A stretch of DNA of 64,000 bases from Eledone cirrhosa (lineage: Eukaryota), in assembly GCA_964016885.1 (NCBI GenBank), contig OZ024740.1, forward strand, positions 113,894,001-113,958,000. Direction: 5' to 3'. The translations under genes and the position numbers were made by a program. The notes under the pieces are model-generated. The model worked only from the letters and a program-made list of their open reading frames with translations. It searched no databases and had not been told where the DNA came from. This document shows, piece by piece, positions 26,772 to 38,235 of the stretch. The first letter of the stretch is position 1; each line of letters opens with the position of its first letter.

Positions 26772-28141
26772 ATAATTGCCTTATGTTGTTTATTACATAA
26801 TAATAATAATTAAGCTCTGTTGCCTACATAGAGCACTCTTTTTTCCTGGACTTTTCCGATGGAATTACTTCACATATATATACATTTATACATATATATA
26901 TATGTGTGTGTGTACCATACCATTTATACAACAAGTAGAAAGAATTGACCAGGCCTGCACTTCAATACATACACCAAATATCTACATTGAAGTTTATATT
27001 AAGATACCTCAACACTACTCACAAATAAAAAGGACTTAAATATAAAAATGGCTTCATCGTATCTGTACAGTTAAAAACTGAAAGTTCTTATCAACCTTTA
27101 TAAAACTATATTAGAAATTGCTTTATACAGTGTATATCTGAATGAAAACAATATTCTGATAAGCAAGTCTGTGATCAAAGACATTCTTAACCGAATCGAC
27201 CATCTACAAATTCTCAGGATGTTCGTCACAAGTACGAAAACACGCTCTTGACAGATGCAATGTGTCCAAACACGGAAGAGCCGAACTCCCACCGTCATAT
27301 CCACCATGTCTCTCGCCCTCCCCATCTCTCTGTATAGTGAGCAAATGAGGTCCTACGTGCTGGCCACCTACCAGCTCCGGCGGACAGGATGGAGAAGGCG
27401 TTTCTACGGAGGATGGTCACGGAGATGCGCTGGAAGAGCCATTCCATCGCTGGAAGAGCCATTCTTATTAACTGAGTAGATTTATAAGAATACAAAAAGT
27501 AATAGTGATCACCATTCTATGATTCTAAGTGGGGTGAGGATGAATTAAGATGTTTACAGAAAAGTATTTTCACATCCACTCTTACCTCTTCATCATCACT
27601 ACCAAACACTGACCACTAAATGTATTTACACCACTACCGCCCACAAGCAGAAATCTACTGAACCATTTTATTTGATTCATAACATTCTGTATTTTACACA
27701 AGTAATTCAAATTTTCAATAAACACATTTCAGGAATCATCTTAATTCATCCTCACCCCCACCTGTTGATAAATACCTTTTCATCTTATTTGCCGTATTCA
27801 TCATGATCCTTACCGTCAGTATCGCTTACAAATTCCATCATCATCATCACACGTACCACGCCCATACCTTCCTTATTTCCTCAGTTTCCTCATTATTTTG
27901 TCATAACTCCCTCTCTCCCTACTGACACACGCATTGAAGAACTTTGCAATCATCATCATCATCATACATAAAATGAATACACCAACCTTATCTCTCTTAG
28001 TTTCCTTCTTCGCTTTTCTCTTTTCATAATACCCTCCTTTCCTCCCTCACACACATTCAAAAATACCTATCCCCCTATCATAAACTGGTCACAGACACCC
28101 ACATGTATACACACACACGTACACACACATATATATATATG

Positions 28142-28262
<121 letters not shown>

Positions 28263-28599
28263 GCCTTCTGACTTCATTTTACATTATATACATATCTGTG
28301 TATATTTTAATTATTTAGAAATTATTATTTAAGTGAATATGATTTTACAGAAAAACAAAAACATTTTTAAGTGCACATCACCCATGTTTATCATGGCATG
28401 CCACTGTGATAAACCGGCGAAATTCCAGAGTAGCAGGACTCACTCTTTAGCCTTAATATAAATGAATATTAAACCTATACTTCTATATTGTGTACTCCTT
28501 TCTCCCAGCCATCAACCACGTATGGATATACATGCACCCACACAAATTTGTCCCAACCGTAAAGGTAGTGATGTTTTATATGAATGTATATTAGATATA

Positions 28600-29600
28600 C
28601 GGGAAATTGGAAATGACGACACTTCGTAAGTCACAGAGTGGTTCCAATGCTTTTTCCATTGATCGTGTCCAGACAGGAAGTCATTTTCTGTGAGTGTCTT
28701 TAGCTCGCTGGTTACAATTTTTTGTATGTTCTCCACAGCCTCAGAATGATTACACTTCAACTTTGATTTCAACTTAGATGAGAAAAAAAAATCACACGGA
28801 TCTACATCTGGGCTTTAGGGTCAATTTGGAAGAATGGGAATGTTTTTCTACGCCAGAAATTCTTTAACTGAAATTGTTGTTTGAGCAGAACCCAATCTCT
28901 TGCAATGTCCTTTTCGATTCACTGGATACGTTTTCAAAGTTGTTCCGTACATCTTTGTAGAAAGTACGATTACCTGTCTCTCCTGGAGATAAAAATTCAT
29001 TGTGAACAGTCGAAAACAATTATAATTTTCGTTTTCACACGTGCTTTCTTCGGATGAGGAGAATTTTTCGTGTGCCACTCCTAATATTCCCTTTTTGGCT
29101 CTGGATCATACTGAAACACTCATGATTCATCTCCTGTTATTACTTTATCCAAAAAATTCGTCTCAATTTGGAGTTCTTCTAAAATATCCTGAAAAATTAC
29201 AAATCAGTTCCCTTTTTCCTGCACAGACAAGTATTTGGTTACTAGTTTTACACAGACCTTTCAGTTATGCAAATGGCTTGTTAAAATATATGCACAGCAT
29301 CTTTATACAAGCCCGTTTCTTCTGCAATCATCCTAACACTTAATCTGCAATCTTTTGCTATCATCGCTCGGGCAACATCAACATTTTTTCAAATGTTGAC
29401 GATATTAGCATTTCAGAACGAGGTTCGTCTCCAACATTTTCCCGGCTCTAATTGAAATTTGTGGCACGTGAGAAAATTACTTGGCGATAGAGTGGCATTT
29501 CCATAAGCTTGCGTTAAAAAATTACATATTTCGGAGACACATTTGTTGAGTTTCACACACAATTTTATCGTGTATTTGTAGTTCGATATTTTCCTGCATC
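28600..29600 (-). mobile_element. Tc1/mariner transposase relic
   Basis: Minus-strand translation gives KVITGDES*VFQYDPE (first catalytic motif), P*SPDVDPCDFF (YSPDL motif) and LKSKLK..IQKIVTSELK..DF..QWKKHW. TIRs not resolved. Confidence 0.8.
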
Positions 29601-30091
29601 GTAAACGTAATAGAGGTTACAAACGCGTTAGTACATACATAACTCACGATCTACTCAACCGATCATTTTGAAACAACAATGTAAGTGCAGCTAAGGTCAG
29701 AAATAAATCGCCTGTATTCATGTACTGCTCCATCATTGTTGAGCAGATTTAGACGGTTTTGTCTGTTATTTCCACCGTCAATATATACCCGTTCTATTGT
29801 CCTAATACATCGAGTTGGATATATTCATATAGTAATCCAGCGATGCAATACATTGTTCACTATGTGATCTGGCAACGACATGGTATGTATATGTATTCAA
29901 CTTGCCTCCTTATTACTAAGAATTCTCCTCCCAATGAAGGAAGAGTAATTCTTCCAATATTGGTTATTCCGATGTCTTAGAATACTTGATGCTGTTTCCT
30001 GATTTCCAGAATCCATGGAAATGTATAAGTAAAACCGATTTATTTTAGCAAGTCAAGCTTATATTCCCACAGATTGAGATTTTGGCTTAAG

Positions 30092-30149
<58 letters not shown>

Positions 30150-30152
<3 letters not shown>

Positions 30153-30336
30153 AACCAGTAAGACCCCGACAGCTGAGCTCAAGCCGTTTCGACGGCTAAT
30201 TCTGAGAATTAGCCGTCGAAACGGCTTGAGCTCAGCTGTCGGGGTCTTACTGGTTCCTATTACCCACTCTACTACCTCAAGTATTGAGTACTTTGGTGCG
30301 TTATGGTCCACCTGGTTCCTTACCACATTTCCTTCG

Positions 30337-30340
<4 letters not shown>
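30150..30340 (+). mobile_element. Short PLE-A terminal fragment with 5' inversion in (TA)n
   Basis: Nearly identical to 32998-33130, preceded by an inverted copy of its first about 53 bp. Confidence 0.9.
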
Positions 30341-30367
<27 letters not shown>

Positions 30368-30370
<3 letters not shown>

Positions 30371-30547
30371 CGAAATAGGTGTGGTAAGGAACCAGAGGAA
30401 CCATAACGCACCAGAGTACTCAATACTTAGGCTAGTAGAGTGCGTAATAGGAACATTTTTCACCCCGACGGCAGAGCTCAAGCCGTTTCGACGCCTATTT
30501 CTGGAGTCCAGAAATAGCCGTCGATACGTCGGGGTTAAATATTTTCT

Positions 30548-30549
<2 letters not shown>
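30368..30549 (-). mobile_element. Short diverged PLE-A-related terminal fragment with inversion in (TA)n
   Basis: Homologous to the PLE-A pLTR, with a small fold-back at ttctgga/gtccagaa. Confidence 0.85.
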
Positions 30550-30582
<33 letters not shown>

Positions 30583-30583
<1 letters not shown>

Positions 30584-32870
30584 ACGAAGGAAATGTGGTA
30601 AGGAACCAGGTGGACCATAACTCACCAAAGTACTCAATACTTGAGGTAGTAGAGTGGGTAATAGGAACCAGTAAGACCCCGACAGCTGAGCTCAAGCCGT
30701 TTCGACGGCTAATTCTGGACTAAATGAAAATTTATCCTGGTATTTAAATAGCCGATCTTCTCAAGGGGTAATTCCATATATGGTCAAAGTGATTGTCAAA
30801 AATCAGTAGTAATTCTGTGGTTGCAAATTAGTAGGGGAGATGGTGGCTAAACCTGCCAGTAGGAGAAAGAGGGGGGGAGGTGGAGTAGAGCCAATCAAGC
30901 GTTGGTAGTGCCAGCTACAGCTGGGCATGAGGTCAAAGAAGATACAGGGGAGGGGGAGGGGGAGGAAGTCGGAACGGTAGGTAGAACAATGGGGGGTAGA
31001 AATATATAGGAAAGAAAAAATACTGAGAGTGAAGAAAAGCAAATAAGTGTAAAGAAAAAAAGTAAAGTAAATTAAATTCTACGACCTAGGTCTCAGGCTA
31101 TTGTTAGGCTAGAATAAAATAAAGAAAGAAAGAAGTAAAGAAAAAAATAAATAAAGAAATAACGAAATAAGTAAAAGAACTAGGTGGGACGGATTAGGCA
31201 AGGACCCTTTTAAGAGGTATAAGTACGTAAATGATACGGTGACGGGTCAACAAAAGGGGCCAAAATACTAAAGAGACTACCACGAAATAAACAATAAAGG
31301 TTTCCATCCCGGGCCAGCAACGACCCAGTGCAGCAAAGTGAACTTGTACGAGATAATAATTCTGAGTCCCGAGAAAAATATATACTAATGCTAACTCTAA
31401 AAGATCTAAAACAAGCTACATGAAAGTTCGTACGAAATAAAGGTAGAATACGGAGAAATAAATTCAGAATCCACCCCGCCCAGAAGAAAAGCGAAGCAAG
31501 AAATACTGAAACGAAAAAATAAGGCATAAGTGCCACTAAGAAATATAGAGGGCACAGAGAATAGTGGGAGCGGTCGGAAAAAGGGGGCAAGTATCCGGGG
31601 TCTAAGCCAACTGCTATAAAGGGCGGAGTCCGCCAAATCTATCATAGACTAGGGGAGGGAGTGGTGGGGGTATTAAGGCTACATGGGGCCAAAGGGCAGC
31701 CTCGGGTGGGCGAGAAAAGACGCCGACAAAGGAGAAGAGCTGGGGTAGAAGGACTAAGGAGAGAGGGGGGAAGGAAATAAAGGAAGCGATAAAAGAATAC
31801 AAAGAAGATCTTACGTCTTCCTTGGCAAGCAGGGGTTACCCATTGCAAAATCGGCAAGTGGGGTGTTATAGCCCTAGTCTACCCCCCCCCCCCCCCGGGT
31901 CATTATGGGGTTTGAGGGCGAGGTAAGTCCTACGCAATCTATGTTTACATGCAGTAACCAGTTCATCTTTCTTGTTTAGGAGTTGGTCCGTCGAAAACAG
32001 CATTTGTAAAGTTTCCTCCGAGCATAAATTGCACGGACGGCGTCCTCCCGTGTAAGAATTGGCTCTGGACAGTAATCTCCAAGTGAGATCATAGGTGATG
32101 TTGTTGTCCTTGAGGTCCCATATGTGGCCCGAAAGTGTAGTGGCGTGACGCCGGGCCGGGTTTCGGAAGGTATGTCTATGTTGGTATAGCCGGGTCTTGA
32201 AGTCACATGCGGTAAGTCCTATATAGGCTTTGTTGGAGGTATCCGTCCTCACGTTGCACTGGTAGATCACATTACGGTCTCTGCATCTATTGTCGAGTAG
32301 GCAAATAGATCTATCCGGGCAGTTACACCTCCTGGTCGGTTCTCCACTGCTATTTAGGTTATTTCTGCCATCGGGGTTGAGTTTTTTGTTGTTAGAGGAG
32401 ACGATGTTTTGTGCGAAGTTTGGTGTAGTGCTGTAAGAGAGTTTGATGGTATTTTTGTTAATTATGTTGTGGTAGCGGTGTTGTAATGGGAAGTGTTTTT
32501 CAATGAGCCTAAAGAATAGTTTCTCGATGGGAGTTGTCACCTCTGCGTTGTGGGGAGGATTGAACCATGTTACATTGCGTGAGCGGCGGTGTCTCCTGCT
32601 GGTTCCGCTAATGGGAGCTGGACAGTAGGATATTTCCTCCCGGAAACCACTCCGCTTGAGGGCCTGGTTGTAATAAGGCGCATGTTCATCGAATATCCGC
32701 TCATTAGCTGACAAACGGGATATGCGGAGGGAGATGTTTTTTACCAGGTTGTTTGTGATGTTCCTAGGATGGTTTGATCGGCGGTGGATGTAGTGCAGAT
32801 TGTCATTAGGTTTCCTGTATGGGTAGTACAGGTCGTTTTCGAGGTCGAGGGTCACGTCGAGGGTCACGTC
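30583..32870 (-). mobile_element. Inverted, 5'-truncated copy of PLE-A (RT thumb + GIY-YIG + 3'UTR + pLTR)
   Basis: Reverse complement of 34404-36598 with few differences, plus a pLTR extension. ORF 31866-32867 matches the C-terminal part of the intact protein. Confidence 0.95.
30676..30769 (-). ncRNA. Type-I hammerhead ribozyme, U3:A8 variant (copy in the inverted PLE-A)
   Basis: Reverse complement of 32944-33037. Confidence 0.8.
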
Positions 32871-32943
32871 CTTCTCCCCTACTAATTTGCAACCACAGAA
32901 TTACTACTGATTTTTGACAATCACTTTGACCATATATGGAATT

Positions 32944-33037
32944 ACCCCTTGAGAAGATCGGCTATTTAAATACCAGGATAAATTTTCATTTAGTCCAGAA
33001 TTAGCCGTCGAAACGGCTTGAGCTCAGCTGTCGGGGT
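32944..33037 (+). ncRNA. Type-I hammerhead ribozyme, U3:A8 variant (5' pLTR)
   Basis: Stem I ACCCC/GGGGT; core TTGAGAA; stem II GATCGGCTA/TAGCCGTC; GAAA; stem III ACGGCT/AGCTGT; GUC site, cleavage after 33032. Confidence 0.8.
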
Positions 33038-33221
33038 CTTACTGGTTCCTATTACCCACTCTACTACCTCAAGTATTGAGTACTTGGTGCGTTCTGGTCC
33101 ACCTGGTTCCTTACCACATTTCCTTCGTTATCTAGCTCCTACTCCCGTAGTAGAGCACTTTCCGACCCTACCACGCCGTATCCAGACTTTTCCGCTAAGC
33201 TCAATTCATTTCACCCGCACC

Positions 33222-35381
33222 ATGCGAAAACACAACATTGACTTCTCTACCAAGAACATCCCAATCCCACCGAAAAAACTTTATCTTCGGATGCTCACGC
33301 AAAAAATCGATCTATTTGCGAAAAGACTTAGATGGAGAACTTTTTTCTATGACAGATATTGCGACAACCAAGACTTCGGCACCAAGGAGAGATTCGGATT
33401 TATTACCTACAAATCTCCGCCCCTGAACCCCTTGCTCGCACCCTTCGAGAATGACCTCTTCCAACTGGTCAAGAACATTAAATTTAAACCCAGACACAAC
33501 CGATTCCTACAAAAACTCCGTAGCAACTTAACAGAGTATGATAACACAAATGACATCATGGTGCATTCGGATAAAACTGGGAACCTATACTTTGTCAACC
33601 CTGACAGATACCACACACTGATCAGGGGCAGCCTAAACTCCACCTATAAAAAGGCCAACCACTCTTGCATCGAGGACATAAATCGAGATGGACAACAAAT
33701 CACCTCCAGCCTCGGGGTCGCCGACCGCACGGAACCTCTAGACCCACGGACACCATACTTCACACTGAAGGACCATAAATCCAATTTTGACCGTAAACCC
33801 TCTATCAGGCTTATTAACCCAACGAAGTCCGACATAGGGAGAATCAGCAAAAAAATCCTAGACCGCGTGATACCAAAAGTCAAGCAACACACCCGACTTA
33901 GCCTATGGATCAACACCCAGGAAGTAATCTCCTGGTTCAGCAATATGGAGGATAAACGAGAAACTAAATTCATACAGTTCGACATAGAGAGCTACTATGC
34001 TTCAATCACCTTACCGCTACTTACTGCCGCCTTGGACTTCGCCGAAACACTTGTGCCCATCACCGACCAGGAAAGAAAAATCATCCTCCATGCCAGGAAG
34101 ACAGTCTTACTCTTTGACGACTCTAAATGGATAAAAAGAGCTCCCGACTCACCCTTCGACGTCAGCATGGGCGCCACGGATTCGGCGGAGGTAACAGATC
34201 TTATAGGATTATTCCTAATAGCCAAACTCACTGATATGTTTCCTGCATTCGGTGGTGGATTGTACCGTGATGATGGGCTCCTTACCCTTAAAGGGTACAA
34301 CCCCAGTAGTACAGATCGGGTCCGGAAACAATTAATCAGATTCTTCCGCGACTGGGGATTTAAAATAACCCTACAAACGTCCCTGACCCGAGTAAACTTC
34401 ATGGACGTGACCCTCGACCTCGAAAACGACCTGTACTACCCATACAGGAAACCTAATGACAATCTGCACTACATCCACCGCCGATCAAACCATCCTAGGA
34501 ACATCACAAACAACCTGGTAAAAAACATCTCCCTCCGCATATCCCGTTTGTCAGCTAATGAGCGGATATTCGATGAACATGCGCCTTATTACAACCAGGC
34601 CCTCAAGCGGAGTGGTTTCCGGGAGGAAATATCCTACTGTCCAGCTCCCATTAGCGGAACCAGCAGGAGACACCGCCGCTCACGCAATGTAACATGGTTC
34701 AATCCTCCCCACAACGCAGAGGTGACAACTCCCATCGAGAAACTATTCTTTAGGCTCATTGAAAAACACTTCCCATTACAACACCGCTACCACAACATAA
34801 TTAACAAAAATACCATCAAACTCTCTTACAGCACTACACCAAACTTCGCACAAAACATCGTCTCCTCTAACAACAAAAAACTCAACCCCGATGGCAGAAA
34901 TAACCTAAATAGCAGTGGAGAACCGACCAGGAGGTGTAACTGCCCGGATAGATCTATTTGCCCACTCGACAATAGATGCAGAGACCGTAATGTGATCTAC
35001 CAGTGCAACGTGAGGACGGATACCTCCAACAAAGCCTATATAGGACTTACCGCATGTGACTTCAAGACCCGGCTATACCAACATAGACATACCTTCCGAA
35101 ACCCGACCCGGCGTCACGCCACTACACTTTCGGGCCACATATGGGACCTCAAGGACAACAACATCACCTATGATCTCACTTGGAGATTACTGTCCAGAGC
35201 CAATTCTTACACGGGAGGACGCCGTCCGTGCAATTTATGCTCGGAGGAAACTTTACAAATGCTGTTTTCGACGGACCAACTCCTAAACAAGAAAGATGAA
35301 CTGGTTACTGCATGTAAACATAGATTGCGTAGGACTTACCTCGCCCTCAAACCCCATAATGACCCGGGGGGGGGGGGGTAG
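33222..35381 (+). CDS. PLE reverse transcriptase-GIY-YIG endonuclease, 719 aa, uninterrupted
   Basis: ATG in CACCATG context aligns with the PLE-B start (DFSTKNIP vs DYSIKNIP). Motifs SDKTG, RLINP, FDIESYY, MGA, LYRDDGL, NFMDV, CNCPDRSIC, VIY..YIG, CNLC..E, LN, CKH. Confidence 0.93.
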   Translation: MRKHNIDFSTKNIPIPPKKLYLRMLTQKIDLFAKRLRWRTFFYDRYCDNQDFGTKERFGFITYKSPPLNPLLAPFENDLFQLVKNIKFKPRHNRFLQKLRSNLTEYDNTNDIMVHSDKTGNLYFVNPDRYHTLIRGSLNSTYKKANHSCIEDINRDGQQITSSLGVADRTEPLDPRTPYFTLKDHKSNFDRKPSIRLINPTKSDIGRISKKILDRVIPKVKQHTRLSLWINTQEVISWFSNMEDKRETKFIQFDIESYYASITLPLLTAALDFAETLVPITDQERKIILHARKTVLLFDDSKWIKRAPDSPFDVSMGATDSAEVTDLIGLFLIAKLTDMFPAFGGGLYRDDGLLTLKGYNPSSTDRVRKQLIRFFRDWGFKITLQTSLTRVNFMDVTLDLENDLYYPYRKPNDNLHYIHRRSNHPRNITNNLVKNISLRISRLSANERIFDEHAPYYNQALKRSGFREEISYCPAPISGTSRRHRRSRNVTWFNPPHNAEVTTPIEKLFFRLIEKHFPLQHRYHNIINKNTIKLSYSTTPNFAQNIVSSNNKKLNPDGRNNLNSSGEPTRRCNCPDRSICPLDNRCRDRNVIYQCNVRTDTSNKAYIGLTACDFKTRLYQHRHTFRNPTRRHATTLSGHIWDLKDNNITYDLTWRLLSRANSYTGGRRPCNLCSEETLQMLFSTDQLLNKKDELVTACKHRLRRTYLALKPHNDPGGGG

Positions 35382-36490
35382 ACTAGGGCTATAACACCCC
35401 ACTTGCCGATTTTGCAATGGGTAACCCCTGCTTGCCAAGGAAGACGTAAGATCTTCTTTGTATTCTTTTATCGCTTCCTTTATTTCCTTCCCCCCTCTCT
35501 CCTTAGTCCTTCTACCCCAGCTCTTCTCCTTTGTCGGCGTCTTTTCTCGCCCACCCGAGGCTGCCCTTTGGCCCCATGTAGCCTTAATACCCCCACCACT
35601 CCCTCCCCTAGTCTATGATAGATTTGGCGGACTCCGCCCTTTATAGCAGTTGGCTTAGACCCCGGATACTTGCCCCCTTTTTCCGACCGCTCCCACTATT
35701 CTCTGTGCCCTCTATATTTCTTAGTGGCACTTATGCCTTATTTTTTCGTTTCAGTATTTCTTGCTTCGCTTTTCTTCTGGGCGGGGTGGATTCTGAATTT
35801 ATTTCTCCGTATTCAACCTTTATTTCGTACGAACTTTCATATAGCTTGTTTTAGATCTTTTAGAGTTAGCATTAGTATATATTTTTCTCGGGACTCAGAA
35901 TTATTATCTCGTACAAGTTCACTTTGCTGCACTGGGTCGTTGCTGGCCCGGGATGGAAACCTTTATTGTTTATTTCGTGGTAGTCTCTTTAGTATTTTGG
36001 CCCCTTTTGTTGACCCGTCACCGTATCATTTACGTACTTATACCTCTTAAAAGGGTCCTTGCCTAATCCGTCCCACCTAGTTCTTTTACTTATTTCGTTA
36101 TTTCTTTATTTATTTTTTTCTTTACTTCTTTCTTTCTTTATTTTATTCTAGCCTAACAATAGCCTGAGACCTAGGTCGTAGAATTTAATTTACTTTACTT
36201 TTTTTCTTTACACTTATTTGCTTTTCTTCACTCTCAGTATTTTTTCTTTCCTATATATTTCTACCCCCCATTGTTCTACCTACCGTTCCGACTTCCTCCC
36301 CCTCCTCCTCCCCTGTATCTTCTTTGACCTCATGCCCAGCTGTAGCTGGCACTACCAACGCTTGATTGGCTCTACTCCACCCCCTCCCCTCTTTCTCCTA
36401 CTGGCAGGTTTAGCCACCATCTCCCCTACTAATTTGCAACCACAGAATTACTACTGATTTTTGACAATCACTTTGACCATATATGGAATT

Positions 36491-36584
36491 ACCCCTTGAG
36501 AAGATCGGCTATTTAAATACCAGGATAAATTTTCATTTAGTCCAGAATTAGCCGTCGAAACGGCTTGAGCTCAGCTGTCGGGGT
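36491..36584 (+). ncRNA. Type-I hammerhead ribozyme, U3:A8 variant (3' pLTR)
   Basis: Identical to 32944-33037. Cleavage after 36579. Confidence 0.8.
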
Positions 36585-36594
36585 CTTACTGGTT

Positions 36595-36681
<87 letters not shown>

Positions 36682-36818
36682 AGTTGACAGACCCAGCATA
36701 TTTATTAATGACAGGACCGGTTGTATCTCAGCGTACTCCATGTAATATACATTCCCAGAGTATACACATAGTTATTCGCTTCAATACAACACACGTAAAA
36801 CGGGTGCCTATAATAGTT

Positions 36819-36929
36819 CCCGGACATGAGTTTCGGCCGCACTTAATGCAGCTGTAAGGTGCACTGCACCATCCGTCTACATATATTATGCAACCATGCA
36901 CAATCGGCTTATGCGGCTTCATCAGCGGG
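36819..36929 (-). ncRNA. Type-I hammerhead ribozyme with a long stem-II insertion
   Basis: Minus strand: CCCG-CTGATGA-aGCCGCA...TGCGGCc-GAAA-CTCATG-TC-CGGG. Confidence 0.75.
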
Positions 36930-37325
36930 TATCGCCTAATCAATAACCAATCGATCGACAGATTCCAAACCCCAGCCCATGCCTGTCGTGACTGTGTGTG
37001 ACAACCGACACAGTAAAGCGATTAGCAACTGGAACCCGATACAACTCTGTCCCTCGACTAGCCACCGATTTACAAATTTTACGTGGTGGGGGGGGGGGAG
37101 AATATATAATGTGTGCGTGTGTGTGTAGGCGGGTGTGTATGATTCTTTGTAGTTGAATATATAAATGTAAATAGAATCATATAAATGTATCTATAAATCT
37201 TATACATAGAATTATATTAATACATACATAGGGACATGTATAAACATATACGTATGCATATAAATTTGTATGTATATGTGTGTGTTTGTATATTTACACG
37301 TTCATACATACAAATATACACAAAT

Positions 37326-37430
<105 letters not shown>

Positions 37431-38235
37431 TGTATGTATATATATAAAACTATTTGAAAATTATTAATGAATCTAAGCGAATTCCATTGAAAACTACCCG
37501 GATATACATTTCAGTCGTTTAAACATTAGTATGTTTGTTTATTCAAGAATAACACGATCAATTGAAATGGGTATATTTGACATAGGGGAGGGAAAGAGAA
37601 TTAATCGGTTCATGTTGACTCTATCTCAATCAATCAGCAAAATAGGTTTTCACCAGACCTCTCGTTAAAAATTTAATTTCATCTCCATACAAAAGAAGGC
37701 AAACCAAAAGTGAATTCTATAACTTAGATTAATTCGTATTTATATTTATATATATATATGTATGTTTGGTTTTTATGCATATATATATATATGTGTGTGT
37801 GTGTGGTGCATATGTGTGTTTTTGTATTTGCATGTATATATATATATACATACATATATAAATATATATATGTGTGTGTGTGTGTGTGGTGTGTGTGTGT
37901 GTGTGTATGTGTGTGTGTAAGTGTGGAAGTGTTTATATTAATTTTGAAATATTTATTGCATTAGATACTTTGTTGTTTTATTTATATAGGAAAAATTAGA
38001 ATTATTTTAAAAATCCTTATATTATAAATCATGTAGTTAGAAACCAATTTTGAAGCATGTTATAAATTGAAAGTGGTAGATATTGATTCATCAAATGTAA
38101 ACAAGATGAATAGAAGAAGAGAAGGAAACAAATTCCAATTAATTAAGGTCAGCTTTTGGATGTACAATTCAAGAAATAAATATATATTTTATTCTTTTAA
38201 TGAAGGCCTCTTGATATATTTTATATATTAATAAT

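Larger units (their letters stand above)
22819..26871 (+). mobile_element. Penelope-like element family B (Hydra-clade-like), frameshifted, with pseudo-LTR repeat
   Basis: RT (SDKT, RLINPAK, FDIVDFYPSI, AMGS, GLYRDDGL), CSCRKPDEC linker and GIY-YIG (VVY..YVG, CSLC..EK). Segment 22819-22890 is directly repeated at about 26795-26871. Flanked by (TA)n. Confidence 0.9.
32873..36598 (+). mobile_element. Penelope-like element family A (Hydra-clade-like), full length with pseudo-LTRs
   Basis: Direct repeats 32873-33051 / 36420-36598 flank a single intact RT-GIY-YIG ORF. The 3' end runs into (TA)n. Confidence 0.95.

Noticed and set aside
33018-33221. N-terminal extension of the 787-aa ORF call
   Set aside because: It starts at a TTG inside the pLTR ribozyme. 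Homology with PLE-B begins at ATG 33222.
33222-35381. Selenoprotein (Naiad-type) PLE
   Set aside because: No in-frame TGA, and the endonuclease is C-terminal rather than N-terminal.
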